Below, one piece after another: positions 9,560 to 19,090 of a DNA stretch of 64,000 nucleotides. A program made the position numbers and the translations under genes. The notes under the pieces are model-generated. The model saw only the letters and a program-made list of their open reading frames with translations. It was not told the origin of the DNA and did no database searches. The stretch is from NCBI GenBank assembly GCA_964430505.1, contig CAYSGH010000011.1, positions 1,589 to 65,588 of the forward strand. Reading direction: 5' to 3'. The DNA comes from an uncultured Akkermansia sp. Lineage in GTDB: Bacteria > Verrucomicrobiota > Verrucomicrobiia > Limisphaerales > UBA9464. Position 1 is the stretch's first letter. Each line of letters starts with the position of its first letter.

Positions 9560-10330
9560 CTAGGTCGGCGCCAGCAACGACAGCGGCACGTTGGGATTGT
9601 TTTGGGTGAAGTATCCGACGGACCATTCCGATGGAAACAATGCCACCGGCTGTTGGTCTTGGTCCAAGGCGAGACGAGCGCCAGTGGGTAGCGGGAGGGC
9701 ATCCAAGACCTCCGGAGCCAGCCTTGGCGGGAGCCAGCGAACGGCGGTGAAGGGCGCGGACTCACGGCGGGTCTCGGCTCCGTACTCCGTTTCGAGCCGG
9801 TATTGAAGCACCTCGAACTGCAAGGGGCCGACGGCCGCCAACAACGGCACGCGGCTGGCGGTGTCCTTGAGGTGAAAGGCCTGCGCGACGCCCTCCAAGA
9901 GGAGTTGGTCCAGCCCCTGCCGGAACTGCTTGTACTTGGCCGTGTTGGGGTTGTGGAAGTACTCGAACACCTCCGGCGGGAACCGCGGGATTTCGTCGAA
10001 CCGCACGGCCGGGTCCGTGGTGAGCGTGTCGCCGATCCCAAACCCATCGTGGCCCACGAGCCCGATGATGTCGCCCGGCCAAGCCTCGTCCACGGTCTCG
10101 CGCTCGTTGCCGAAGAGCTTGTGCGACGAGGACAGGCGCACCTTGCGCCCGGACTGGACGTGCGTGACGACCATGTCGCGCTCGAACTTGCCGCTGACGA
10201 CACGCACGAAGGCGATTCGGTCGCGGTGCCTCGGGTCCATGTTCGCCTGGATCTTGAAGATGAACCCGGAGAAGTGCGGGTGGGTGGGCTCGATCATGCG
10301 GCCCTCGGCCGAGTGGATGTCTTGGCTCAT
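9560..10330 (-). CDS. prfC: Peptide chain release factor 3 (RF3) C-terminal fragment lacking the GTPase domain (possible pseudogene/remnant)
   Basis: ATG at 10330 lies 13 nt downstream of the purL stop. FSGFIFKIQANMDPRHRDRIAFVRVVSGKFERDM...GDIIGLVGHDGFGIGDTL...IPRFPPEVF...GPLQFEVLQYRLETEYG aligns with RF3 domains II to the C-terminus. No G1-G5 motifs are present. The upstream part of ORF 9560..10564 overlaps purL out of frame. Confidence 0.8.
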   Translation of the reverse strand: MSQDIHSAEGRMIEPTHPHFSGFIFKIQANMDPRHRDRIAFVRVVSGKFERDMVVTHVQSGRKVRLSSSHKLFGNERETVDEAWPGDIIGLVGHDGFGIGDTLTTDPAVRFDEIPRFPPEVFEYFHNPNTAKYKQFRQGLDQLLLEGVAQAFHLKDTASRVPLLAAVGPLQFEVLQYRLETEYGAETRRESAPFTAVRWLPPRLAPEVLDALPLPTGARLALDQDQQPVALFPSEWSVGYFTQNNPNVPLSLLAPT

Positions 10331-10343
10331 CGCAGGTGCCGCC

Positions 10344-12674
10344 TCACTCCGCCGCCATGGCGCGGGCGATGCTGTTCCACCAGGCGTCGTGCAAGGGTTG
10401 CAACGGGGCCGACCACTCGCCGTCGGCGGTCCGCACCACGAGGGCGTCGCCGCCCACGACGCCGATGCGCGCGGCGGGCACCCCGAGCAGGGAGGCCTGC
10501 TTGAGGACGCGGCCCGCGTCGGCGGGGGCGACGGTGATGACGACGCGATTCTGGGTCTCGCCAAACAACAACGCGTCGTCGCGCATCCCGTCCTTGGCGA
10601 GCCCGGTCAAGTCGATGCGCGCGCCCAACAACCGAGGCGTCTCGCGGGCGACAAGCTCGGAAATGGCGGATTCGGCGAGGGCAACGGCCAGCCCGCCGTC
10701 GGAGCAGTCATGCGCGCTGCGCACGACGCCCTCGCGGATCCACCCGACCAACGTCGTGTGAAGCGTCTTGGCGACGTCGAGGGGGCAACGCGGCGGAAGG
10801 CCGTCCTTGATCCCATGCACGACCCGCAGCCAGGCGGACCCGCCGAGCCCCTGCAACGGGTCGGCCAGGTCCACCGCCTCGCCCAGCAGGAGGACGACGT
10901 CGCCCTCGTTCTTGAACCATTGGGTGGTGACATGGGCGAGGTCCTCGACGAGGCCAACGACGGCGACGGTGGGGGTGGGGTCGATGGCCCCCAGGGCCCC
11001 GCGTTGGTTGTAGAGGGAGCAGTTGCCGCCCGTGACTGGCGCGTCGAGGGCGCGGCAGGCGTCGGCGAGGCCGCGGACGGACTCGCGGATTTGCCAGAAG
11101 ATGGCGGGGTTGTGGGGGTTGCCGAAGTTGAGGTTGTCCGTGGCGCCCAAGGGGAGCGCACCCGCGCAGGCGATGTTGCGGCAGGCCTCGACGACGGCCG
11201 CCTTGCCGCCCTCGTAGGGATCGAGGGCGACGTGCGCCCCGTTGCAATCGACGGACATGGCGACGTACTTCTCGGGGACGGGCTTGCCCTCGGCCGGGTG
11301 GCCGACCGGAAGCACGGGCAACGAGTCCGCCTTGATCCGCACGACTGCCGCGTCGCTCCCGGGGCAGACAACGGAGCCATCGCGAACCATGTGGTCGTAC
11401 TGGCGATACACCCAGTTCTTGGACGCGATGGAATGGTCGGCAAGGAGGCGCTGAAGGGTGGCGGCGGGCTCGGGCGACGGCGGGAGGCCTTGGAGGGTGA
11501 AGGCGCGGACGCGCGCCATGGAGTCGGGTTCCTGGAACTCGCGGAAATAGATGGGGGCGTCGTCGGCCAGCTTGCGGGCGGGGATGTCCGCGATGACTTG
11601 GCCGTGGTGACGGACGACCATGCGGCCGGTGTCGGTGACGACGCCAATCTCGGACCACGGGAGGTCCCACTTGTCGAAGATGCGCTTCACCTCTTCCTCG
11701 CGGCCCTTCTTCACGACGACGAGCATGCGTTCCTGGGACTCGGAGAGCATGATCTCGTAGGAGGACATGTTCGGGGCGCGTTGCGGGACGCGGTCGAGCT
11801 CGATCTCGATGCCGGTGCCGGCGCGGGCGGCGGTCTCGCAGGTGGAGCAGGTGAGCCCGGCGGCACCCATGTCCTGCATGCCGGCGACGGCACCCGTGGC
11901 GAGCAGTTCCAGGCAAGCCTCGCATACGAGCTTCTCCATGAAGGGGTCGCCGACCTGGACGGCTCCGCGTTGTTGCTCGGCGGATTCCTCGGTGAGGTCC
12001 TGCGACGCAAAGGCGGCACCGGCGAGGCCGTCGCGGCCGGTGGCGGGCCCGACGTAGAACACGGGGTTGCCCACGCCATGGGCGGCGCCGCGGGTGATCT
12101 GCTCGTGGCGCAGAACGCCGATGCAGAAGGCGTTGACGAGGGGATTGCCCTCGTAGGAGGCGTCGAAATAGACCTCGCCGCCGATGGTGGGGATGCCGAA
12201 GCAGTTGCCGTAGTGGGCGATGCCGGAGACGACGCCGGAGAAGAGGCGGCGCACGGCGGGGTTGGACAGGGATCCGAAGCGGAGGGAGTTAAGCCCCGCG
12301 ATGGGCCGGGCGCCCATGGTGAAGATGTCGCGGATGATGCCACCGACGCCGGTGGCGGCCCCCTGGAAGGGCTCCACGGCCGACGGGTGGTTGTGGGACT
12401 CGATCTTGAAGGCGATGGCGATGCCGTCGCCGACGTCGATGATGCCGGCGTTTTCCTCGCCGGCGCCGACGAGGATGCGGCTGCCTTGGGTGGGGAACGT
12501 CTTGAGGACCGGGCGCGTGTTCTTGTAGGAGCAATGCTCGCTCCACATGACCGAAAAGATGCCCAGCTCGGTGTAGGAAGGGGGCCGGCCCAAGATCCCG
12601 AGGATCTTCTGGTATTCGTCCGGCGTCAGGTTGTGGCGCGCCACCAACTCCGGCGTGATCGAAGGTTCGCTCAT
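10344..12674 (-). CDS. purL: Phosphoribosylformylglycinamidine synthase subunit PurL (FGAM synthase II)
   Basis: 776 aa. N-terminus ...[39 protein letters not shown], with [24 protein letters not shown] and duplicated AIR-synthase-like domains. Confidence 0.95.
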   Translation of the reverse strand: MSEPSITPELVARHNLTPDEYQKILGILGRPPSYTELGIFSVMWSEHCSYKNTRPVLKTFPTQGSRILVGAGEENAGIIDVGDGIAIAFKIESHNHPSAVEPFQGAATGVGGIIRDIFTMGARPIAGLNSLRFGSLSNPAVRRLFSGVVSGIAHYGNCFGIPTIGGEVYFDASYEGNPLVNAFCIGVLRHEQITRGAAHGVGNPVFYVGPATGRDGLAGAAFASQDLTEESAEQQRGAVQVGDPFMEKLVCEACLELLATGAVAGMQDMGAAGLTCSTCETAARAGTGIEIELDRVPQRAPNMSSYEIMLSESQERMLVVVKKGREEEVKRIFDKWDLPWSEIGVVTDTGRMVVRHHGQVIADIPARKLADDAPIYFREFQEPDSMARVRAFTLQGLPPSPEPAATLQRLLADHSIASKNWVYRQYDHMVRDGSVVCPGSDAAVVRIKADSLPVLPVGHPAEGKPVPEKYVAMSVDCNGAHVALDPYEGGKAAVVEACRNIACAGALPLGATDNLNFGNPHNPAIFWQIRESVRGLADACRALDAPVTGGNCSLYNQRGALGAIDPTPTVAVVGLVEDLAHVTTQWFKNEGDVVLLLGEAVDLADPLQGLGGSAWLRVVHGIKDGLPPRCPLDVAKTLHTTLVGWIREGVVRSAHDCSDGGLAVALAESAISELVARETPRLLGARIDLTGLAKDGMRDDALLFGETQNRVVITVAPADAGRVLKQASLLGVPAARIGVVGGDALVVRTADGEWSAPLQPLHDAWWNSIARAMAAE

Positions 12675-12932
12675 CTCAAATGAGGGTGGAGCCTATGGAA
12701 ACAGGCGGGGCAAACAAGCCTTGCCATGATCTGCGCCGATGCGGGCTCGGGGTACGCAACGGCAGGACTTGGTCCTGAGGCCCGGGCGCCGCGGGCGGAG
12801 GTCGATGGATTCAAGCGATGGAAGCAGGAGGCCGTCGCTGCCAAGCTTCTGGTTGTTCGCGTCCTGATTGGGTTCGAGCGCCCGCCGTAACGAGACATCG
12901 GCCGTGGACGAGGCGCGACACACGTTGCTTCC

Positions 12933-14378
12933 CTATCCCTTGCCGAGGACTCCGTGCACGACAGACCCCTTGACGTCGGTGAGCCGATGGTCGCGGCCGC
13001 CGTAGCGGTAGGTGAGGCGTTCGTGATCCAGCCCGAGGCAGTGCAGCATCGTGGCGTGGAGGTCGTGGACGTGGACGGGGTTCTCGACGGCTTGGGAGCC
13101 CAGCTCGTCGGTGGACCCGTAGGTGCGGCCCGCGGCCGCGCCGCCGCCCGCCATCCAAAATGTGAAGCCCTTGGCGTTGTGGTCCCGGCCATCGGCGCGG
13201 CGGCTGTCCGGCGTGCGCCCGAACTCCCCGCCCCAGACCACCAGCGTCTCGTCGAGCATGCCGCGCGACGCGAGGTCGTCGAGGAGGGCCGCGATGGGCT
13301 GGTCGATGGCGTGGCTGTTGCGACGGAGGGAGGCCTCGAGGTTTTGGTGCTGGTCCCAGCCGCCGTGGTTCAACTCGATGAAGCGAACGCCCGCCTCGGC
13401 CAGTCGGCGCGCGAGGAGGCATTGCCGCCCGAAGTTGTCCGTGCCGGCCGCCCCGACACCGTACCGCGCCAGGGTGTCGGTGGATTCCGAGGACAGGTCG
13501 AGCAACCCCGGCACCTCGGCCTGCATGCGGAAGGCGAGCTCGAAGGACTGGATGACGCCCTCGACCTCCGGGTGACCGTCGGTGGCCTTCAGGAACTCAC
13601 GGTTCATGTGTTGGACGAGCGCGAGCTGCCGTGCTTGCTGGGAGGCATTGAGGAGAGGGTTGCGCACGTTGCCGAGGGCGGTGGCGGCGTTGCCCTCGCG
13701 GGTCGCGCCGACGGGCGTGCCTTGGTACACGGCGGGCAGGAAGGCGCTGCCATGGTTTTGGGCTCCGAACTGGCGCGGGGGCGACAGCGTGATGAAGCCG
13801 GGCAGGTTTTCGTTCTCGGTGCCAAGCCCGTACAGGACCCATGCGCCCATGGAGGGCCGGACGAACCGGGCGCTGCCGGTGTGAAGCTGGATGAAGGCCT
13901 GCGGGTGGTTGGGGATGTCGGTGTGCATCGAGCGCACGATGCACAACCGGTCTGCATGGCGTGCGAGGCGTGGCATCAGCTCCGACATCCACAGGCCGGA
14001 GTCCCCATGCTGGCGGAAGGCAAAGGGGGACCCCACGAGCTTGTTGCCGGAGCCACGCGCGCCCCCGGGCTGACCATGGTCTCGTTGCAACCGCGGCTTG
14101 GGATCGAACAGGTCGAGCTGCGAGGGCCCGCCCTGCATGCACAGGAAGATCACGCGCCGGGCCGTGGGTTGGAAGTGAGGCACGCGTCGGCCCAAAGGCG
14201 CACCCGACGCGCCGCCCTGCCCTGCGGACACGGGCGAGTTCCCGGCCGCCCGGGCCGGGGCCGAGGCCGCAAGCCCGCCCAAAGCCATCCATCCAAAGCC
14301 GGCCGCAACGGACTGCAACAAACGGCGTCGGCTGAGCCACTGCGGCTGGACGTCCCGGCACTCGTAGGGGGCATTCAT
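12933..14378 (-). CDS. DUF1501 family protein (sulfatase-fold, Tat-exported, PVC-typical)
   Basis: ATG at 14378. It has Tat signal LSRRRLLQSVAAGFGWMALGGLAA, then VIFLCMQGGPSQLDLFDPKP, ...GGWDQH, ...WGGEFGRTP... and GRDHN motifs typical of DUF1501. Confidence 0.85.
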   Translation of the reverse strand: MNAPYECRDVQPQWLSRRRLLQSVAAGFGWMALGGLAASAPARAAGNSPVSAGQGGASGAPLGRRVPHFQPTARRVIFLCMQGGPSQLDLFDPKPRLQRDHGQPGGARGSGNKLVGSPFAFRQHGDSGLWMSELMPRLARHADRLCIVRSMHTDIPNHPQAFIQLHTGSARFVRPSMGAWVLYGLGTENENLPGFITLSPPRQFGAQNHGSAFLPAVYQGTPVGATREGNAATALGNVRNPLLNASQQARQLALVQHMNREFLKATDGHPEVEGVIQSFELAFRMQAEVPGLLDLSSESTDTLARYGVGAAGTDNFGRQCLLARRLAEAGVRFIELNHGGWDQHQNLEASLRRNSHAIDQPIAALLDDLASRGMLDETLVVWGGEFGRTPDSRRADGRDHNAKGFTFWMAGGGAAAGRTYGSTDELGSQAVENPVHVHDLHATMLHCLGLDHERLTYRYGGRDHRLTDVKGSVVHGVLGKG

Positions 14379-14403
14379 GGTGGGTGCGTCGTCGTGGAAA
14401 TGT

Positions 14404-16554
14404 TCAGTGAAGGAAACGAAACTCGGCCGAGGCCAGCAAAGCCTGGGTGAACGCCGTCCATGCGGCCTCCCCCGCACGCAGGCGGTCGCCGGGCCTTTGG
14501 ACGCCCTTCCCCGACCTTGCGGACGCCTCCGTGGCGTCGAGGCGTTCGTCTCGCACGAACTCCAGCGCCCGCGCCATCTCGCGCGACGTGGGAGCCCGGC
14601 CCAGCGCCAGCCGGTAGGCCCGCGCCACCCGCTCCCTTGGGTCCAGCCCCGCCTCGGCCAGCAACCGGCGCGCGAACGCCCGCGACCATGCGATCACCTG
14701 CGGGTTGTTGAGGAGGTAGAGGGCCTGCGACGGGACGTTGGTGGTGTCCCGCTCCGCCACGAGCAGGCTCGGCTCCGCGAAGTCGAACAAGTCCAGCGAC
14801 TCCGGCACGAACCCCCGCACCACGGGCAGATAGACCGAGCGCCTGCGAAGGATGCCGTCCATGGCCTCGCCCGCGGGCGGACGACGCACCGGGCCGTCGC
14901 CCATGGCGGAAACGGGCGAGCCCTTGGGCGGATTCGCCTCCAGCATCCCGCTCACGGCGAGCATGGCGTCGCGCAACGCCTCGGCGTCGAGGCGACGCGG
15001 CTCGAACCGCCAGTGCAGGGTGTTGTCCGGGTCCAGCTCATGGGCGCGGGGATCCATGGCGGACGACAACGCATACGAACGGCTCAGGACGATCTCGCGC
15101 ACGAGGCCCTGGATGGACCACCCGTTCTGGCGCAGGCGCAGGGCGAGGTAATCGAGGAGTTCCGGGTGGGTGGGCCGGTCCCCGTTGAATCCGAAGTCGT
15201 CCGGCGTGGCGACGATTCCCCGGCCCATGAGGTGCATCCAGACGCGGTTGGCGGCGACACGAGCGGACAGGGGGTTCTCGGGGCGGACGAGCCACTCGGC
15301 GAGCTGCAACCGGCCGCTGGAGCCTGCGGGCAGCTCCATGGGCTTGCCGCCGTCCAGCACCGGGACGAGCCCGCGCGGGACCCGGCCGGACTTCTGGCTG
15401 ACCTCGCCCCGCACGAGGAACGGGCTGTCGTGGGGGATGCCCTCGCGGACGCCCATCGCGCGGGGGGCATTGGTGGCGGGCAACGGCGGCAAGGCGCGCT
15501 CGGGGTCCATGCCGCCCTGGCCGTTGGCGTTGGGGCGTCGAGCGGCCCGACGCGCAGCGGCGTTTGCGACGGGCCGTGGCACGGGAGCCCGGGCCGGCAG
15601 CAAGTCCTTGCGATCCGCGCCCAACCCGAGGCCCAGGAAGCCCGAGGGCTGCCGGTTGCCCCGGTCGTCGGTCGTGCCGTACAGCGTCTGCGTGCTCCGA
15701 AAGATCCCGGCCATCGCGTAGTAATCGCGCTGGGAAATCGGGTCGAACTTGTGGTCGTGGCATCGGGCACAGGCGACCGAAACGCCGAGGACCGCCCGTG
15801 TGGTGACGTCGATTTGCTCGTCCACGACGTCCATGACGAACTGCTCGCGACGGCGTTCGTTGAGCCCCTTGGGACCCAACGCCAGGAAGCCGGTGGCGAC
15901 CAAGTTGGCGTCGCGTTCCTTCTCGTTCGCGACCGGCAACAGGTCGCCGGCGACCTGGCGGCGGATGAAGTCGTCGTAGGGCATGTCTGCCGCCACGGCC
16001 TCGATGACCCAGTCGCGGTACCGCCATGCCTCTGGGAAGGCGTAGTTGCGTTCCTTGCCGGTGCTTTCGCCGTAGCGCGCGACGTCGAGCCAATGCCGTC
16101 CCCAACGCTCGCCAAACGCACGCGATGCCAGCAACCGGTCCACCATGGCCTCCCACGCAACGGCCGTGGGACCGGCCACGAACGCGTCCAGCTCGTCCGG
16201 GTCCGGCGGCAGCCCGGTGAGGTCGAACGCCAGCCGTCGCGCCAACGTCCTGGGGTCCGCGTCCTCCACGGGGCGCAGGCCCTTGGCCTCGAGACGCGAA
16301 AGGAGGAAGCGGTCGATGTCGCCGCGCGGCCATGCCGAGTCTTGGACGGCGGGAATGGCGGGGATGGAAGGCGGCACGAAGGACCAGAACTGGCGAGCGT
16401 CGGGATCGTTGGCCTTGGGGCCGCGAACGGGTGCGGCGGCGGCGGCCGTGTTGGCCGCCACCCCTGCTGGGGACGGAGCAGGGTCGGCACCCGGTGCCTG
16501 TTCAACGGCCAAACCCATGACGATGGCCACGGCGATGTCCCACGCGCTTCGCAT
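14404..16554 (-). CDS. DUF1549/DUF1553 domain protein (PSCyt2/PSD1 type)
   Basis: ATG at 16554. IDRFLLSRLEAKGLRP...LARRLAFDLTGLPP matches DUF1549. The central motif CARCHDHKFDPISQRDYY is present. NRVWMHLMGRGIV... matches DUF1553. No CxxCH cytochrome module is seen at the N-terminus. Its stop is 25 nt upstream of the DUF1501 gene. Confidence 0.85.
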   Translation of the reverse strand: MRSAWDIAVAIVMGLAVEQAPGADPAPSPAGVAANTAAAAAPVRGPKANDPDARQFWSFVPPSIPAIPAVQDSAWPRGDIDRFLLSRLEAKGLRPVEDADPRTLARRLAFDLTGLPPDPDELDAFVAGPTAVAWEAMVDRLLASRAFGERWGRHWLDVARYGESTGKERNYAFPEAWRYRDWVIEAVAADMPYDDFIRRQVAGDLLPVANEKERDANLVATGFLALGPKGLNERRREQFVMDVVDEQIDVTTRAVLGVSVACARCHDHKFDPISQRDYYAMAGIFRSTQTLYGTTDDRGNRQPSGFLGLGLGADRKDLLPARAPVPRPVANAAARRAARRPNANGQGGMDPERALPPLPATNAPRAMGVREGIPHDSPFLVRGEVSQKSGRVPRGLVPVLDGGKPMELPAGSSGRLQLAEWLVRPENPLSARVAANRVWMHLMGRGIVATPDDFGFNGDRPTHPELLDYLALRLRQNGWSIQGLVREIVLSRSYALSSAMDPRAHELDPDNTLHWRFEPRRLDAEALRDAMLAVSGMLEANPPKGSPVSAMGDGPVRRPPAGEAMDGILRRRSVYLPVVRGFVPESLDLFDFAEPSLLVAERDTTNVPSQALYLLNNPQVIAWSRAFARRLLAEAGLDPRERVARAYRLALGRAPTSREMARALEFVRDERLDATEASARSGKGVQRPGDRLRAGEAAWTAFTQALLASAEFRFLH

Positions 16555-16686
16555 CCGATGACGTGAAGGGTTTCCCGAACATCCCGCCGCCGGCGGGAAC
16601 GCACCGGATGCCTCCATTCAACGAGACGGAGCGGCGCGGCGAAAGGTTTCGCGGCTTGAAGGCGTCCCGGCGTCGGACGGGGTGGT

Positions 16687-17187
16687 TCAGGACAGGAACA
16701 TCCAGGAAAGCCCGACGCCATGTCCGACGAGGGAGAGGGTGCCGAGCGCCACTCCAAGCCACGCATGGACGGCCCCCTTGGCGGCAGGATTGGCGGCTCG
16801 GCGCCGGAGGCCCAGCGCACCGAGGACAACGGCGGGCAGGGCGAGGACGCCACCGAGGAAAGGAATGAGGCTGAAGATCCCGAGGTAATAGGCCGTGAGG
16901 GCCATGGGGTTCTTGTAGGGAATGACGGTGCTGACGACGGCGGCCTCGCTGGATGGCTGGCCCGCCAACGGTGGCATGGCGACGGCGGGCGGCGTCGCCG
17001 CCACGGGTGCAGGTTCGCCCGGCATCACCACCCCGGGCACTTGGGCCAGGGGAATCCAGTCGGGACAACCCTCATGCCAAGCGAGCGTTGAAAGAGGCGC
17101 CAGACGGCCGTCGGCCAGCATGGCGTTGACTTCGGGCACGGGGAACGGCCCCTGCTGCTGTCCTTGGATGGAGACGAAGATCTGCAT
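16687..17187 (-). CDS. GYF_2 (DUF4339) domain + DUF4190 membrane protein
   Basis: N-terminus MQIFVSIQGQQQGPFPVPEVNAMLADGRLAPLSTLAWHEGCPDWIPLAQVPG is the GYF-like fold motif. C-terminus NPMALTAYYLGIFSLIPFLGGVLALPAVVLGALGLRR is the DUF4190-type double TM. Confidence 0.7.
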   Translation of the reverse strand: MQIFVSIQGQQQGPFPVPEVNAMLADGRLAPLSTLAWHEGCPDWIPLAQVPGVVMPGEPAPVAATPPAVAMPPLAGQPSSEAAVVSTVIPYKNPMALTAYYLGIFSLIPFLGGVLALPAVVLGALGLRRRAANPAAKGAVHAWLGVALGTLSLVGHGVGLSWMFLS

Positions 17188-17353
17188 GGCGTGATGAGTT
17201 CAACCCAAGCGGCCCGGGTTGGCGGGAGGCAATGCAAAATTCGGCGCGAACACGTCTGATCGCGGCAATGGATCGGCCGCGACGTCGCCTCGTGGGCGGA
17301 TGCGGGCCGAATCCGGGATTGCCGTCGGGACGCCGACGGCTTGGGATGGGGGC

Positions 17354-18508
17354 ATGTTGAACCCGTTCCTGCGTCGCTGGACTCCTTGGTGCCTGGCGTT
17401 GGCCTTGCCCGCCGCATCCGTGGCCGCCGATTCCTACCTCGTCTTCGTGGGCACCTATGCGAGCCCGCGTTCGGAGGGCATTTACTCGTACCGGTACGAC
17501 GCGGACACGGGCCTGATTGAGGAGCTGGGGCTCGCGGCTCCCACGCGCAGCCCGAGCTTCCTCGCGTTGCACCCCAACGGCCGGTTCCTGTACGCGGTGA
17601 ACGAGTCGGGGCGGCCTGACGGCCGGAAGGAGGGGGCGATCACGGCCTATGCGGTCGAGGCGTCGACGGGGAGGCTGCGCGAGTTGAACCATGTCCCGAG
17701 CGTGGGCGCGGGGCCGTGTCACTTGAGCGTGGACCCATCGGGGAGCCAGGTCCTGGCGGCGAACTACGGCGGAGGATCGGTGGTGTCGGTGGCGTTGGAG
17801 CCCGATGGCCGACTGGGGCGGCAAACGGCGTTTCACCAGCATGTGGGCTCGTCGGTCAACGCGTCGCGCCAGAAGGAGCCTCATGCACACTCGGTCAATC
17901 TCGCGCCGGGAGCGCGCTACGCCTACGTGGCCGACCTTGGGCTGGACCGGGTGTTGATATACCCGTTTGACGCGGCTCGTGGGCTCAGCGGCCCGGCGCG
18001 CGAGGACTCGCCCCGGTTGGCTCCCGGGTCGGGCCCGCGTCACCTGGCGGTGCATCCCTCGGGCCGAAACGCCTACGTGATCAACGAGATGCTCTCGACG
18101 TTGACGGTGTTTCGTGTGGGGTCGGGTGGCGGCCGGTTGGAGGAGGTGCAGACGGTGGGCACGTTGCCGGCGGGCTTTTCCGGCGGCAGCAGCACGGCGG
18201 AGGTGGTGGTGCATCCGTCGGGACGGTTCGTGTATGGATCGAACCGCGGCCATGACAGCCTGGCGGTCTTTTCGGCCGACCTTGCCACGGGTCGGCTGAC
18301 GCCCAAAGGACACGTGGCCACGGGCGGGAAAACCCCGCGCAACTTCAGCATCGACCCGACCGGCAAGACCCTGTGGGCGGCGAACCAAGGGACCGACAAC
18401 ATCGTCGTGTTCAAGGTGGATGCCGAGACAGGTGCACTGGAGCGGACGGGACAGGAGCTGAAGGTGGGCATGCCCGTATGCGTGCGCTTTCTGCGGGTCT
18501 TGCGGTGA
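17354..18508 (+). CDS. Lactonase family (7-bladed beta-propeller, 6-phosphogluconolactonase-like) protein
   Basis: ATG at 17354 with a signal peptide. It contains LYAVNE, GAGPCHLSVDPSG, AYVADLGLDRVLIY, GPRHLAVHPSGRNAYVINE and PRNFSIDPTGKTLWAANQ repeats. Confidence 0.8.
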   Translation: MLNPFLRRWTPWCLALALPAASVAADSYLVFVGTYASPRSEGIYSYRYDADTGLIEELGLAAPTRSPSFLALHPNGRFLYAVNESGRPDGRKEGAITAYAVEASTGRLRELNHVPSVGAGPCHLSVDPSGSQVLAANYGGGSVVSVALEPDGRLGRQTAFHQHVGSSVNASRQKEPHAHSVNLAPGARYAYVADLGLDRVLIYPFDAARGLSGPAREDSPRLAPGSGPRHLAVHPSGRNAYVINEMLSTLTVFRVGSGGGRLEEVQTVGTLPAGFSGGSSTAEVVVHPSGRFVYGSNRGHDSLAVFSADLATGRLTPKGHVATGGKTPRNFSIDPTGKTLWAANQGTDNIVVFKVDAETGALERTGQELKVGMPVCVRFLRVLR

Positions 18509-18621
18509 GCCGGGCGGCGGCGGGGGCTTGGGAGGGTCTTGGGGCGAGGGCGAGCGATGGCGGGTGATCCCTTGGCCAGCGCGCTCGGCGGATGCGGACC
18601 CGCCGGACGGAATCGCCCTTG

Positions 18622-19047
18622 CTAGTCCCTGAGGACGGCGTTGGGGAGGTTGTCGCGGTCGAAGCTGGACCTTGGGAAGCGGCGGGCGAGGGGGCGAGCG
18701 GTGGCGCGGAGGGCTTCGAGGATGGCGCGTGGGGCGTCGTGGGGGAGGTGCGGCGCGGCGGCGCGTTGGATGGCATGGAAGAAGCGCTTTCCGAGCTGGA
18801 AGCGCACGGCCTCGTCGGCCGCCACCGCCACCTGGGACGAGGCGGGCGCAACGTAGAGGAGGACGGCGTTGCGCATGGGGGTGCGGGTCATGGTCAGCCG
18901 CTGGAAGTGTCGCACAGCCTCCTCCGACGCCCGGGCGGCGTCGGGGGCATGGCGAGTGATGAAGACGCGAATCTCGGCGGAAGTGTGGTCCTCCGCCTCG
19001 CGGATGGCGGCCTCGATGGCGTCGTCGGCCTCTTCTTGTGGAATCAT
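18622..19047 (-). CDS. TPM-domain-like protein
   Basis: ATG at 19047 inside ORF 18622..19212. AEIRVFITRH...RNAVLLYVAPASSQVAVAADEAV resembles the TPM (TLP18.3/Psb32/MOLO-1) phosphatase-fold core. This is a weak call. Confidence 0.45.
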   Translation of the reverse strand: MIPQEEADDAIEAAIREAEDHTSAEIRVFITRHAPDAARASEEAVRHFQRLTMTRTPMRNAVLLYVAPASSQVAVAADEAVRFQLGKRFFHAIQRAAAPHLPHDAPRAILEALRATARPLARRFPRSSFDRDNLPNAVLRD

Positions 19048-19090
19048 GCTCGCTCGGGCGGCTCCGCCCCCCCGGCGCAAGCACGGCCCC

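Noticed and set aside
9930-12683. A 917-aa plus-strand ORF, the longest of many very long ORFs listed in the six-frame track. Others are 24583..27327(-), 35273..37921(+), 14377..16566(+), 47245..49284(+), 17072..19084(-), 58053..60656(-) and 58640..60658(+).
   Set aside because: Each lies antisense or out of frame to a gene with unmistakable conserved motifs (purL, nusA/infB, FG-GAP, DUF1553, 5'-nucleotidase and others). Their translations are low-complexity G/A/R/P/D strings with no motifs. This is the usual stop-codon paucity of GC-rich DNA.
12675-12932. A possible purine/ZTP-type riboswitch in the 258-nt leader upstream of purL.
   Set aside because: I could not find the pfl/ZTP core (GGGUCGUGACUGGCG ... 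CCGCCUGGGC) or purine-riboswitch junction motifs on the minus strand. There are only generic GC-rich segments.
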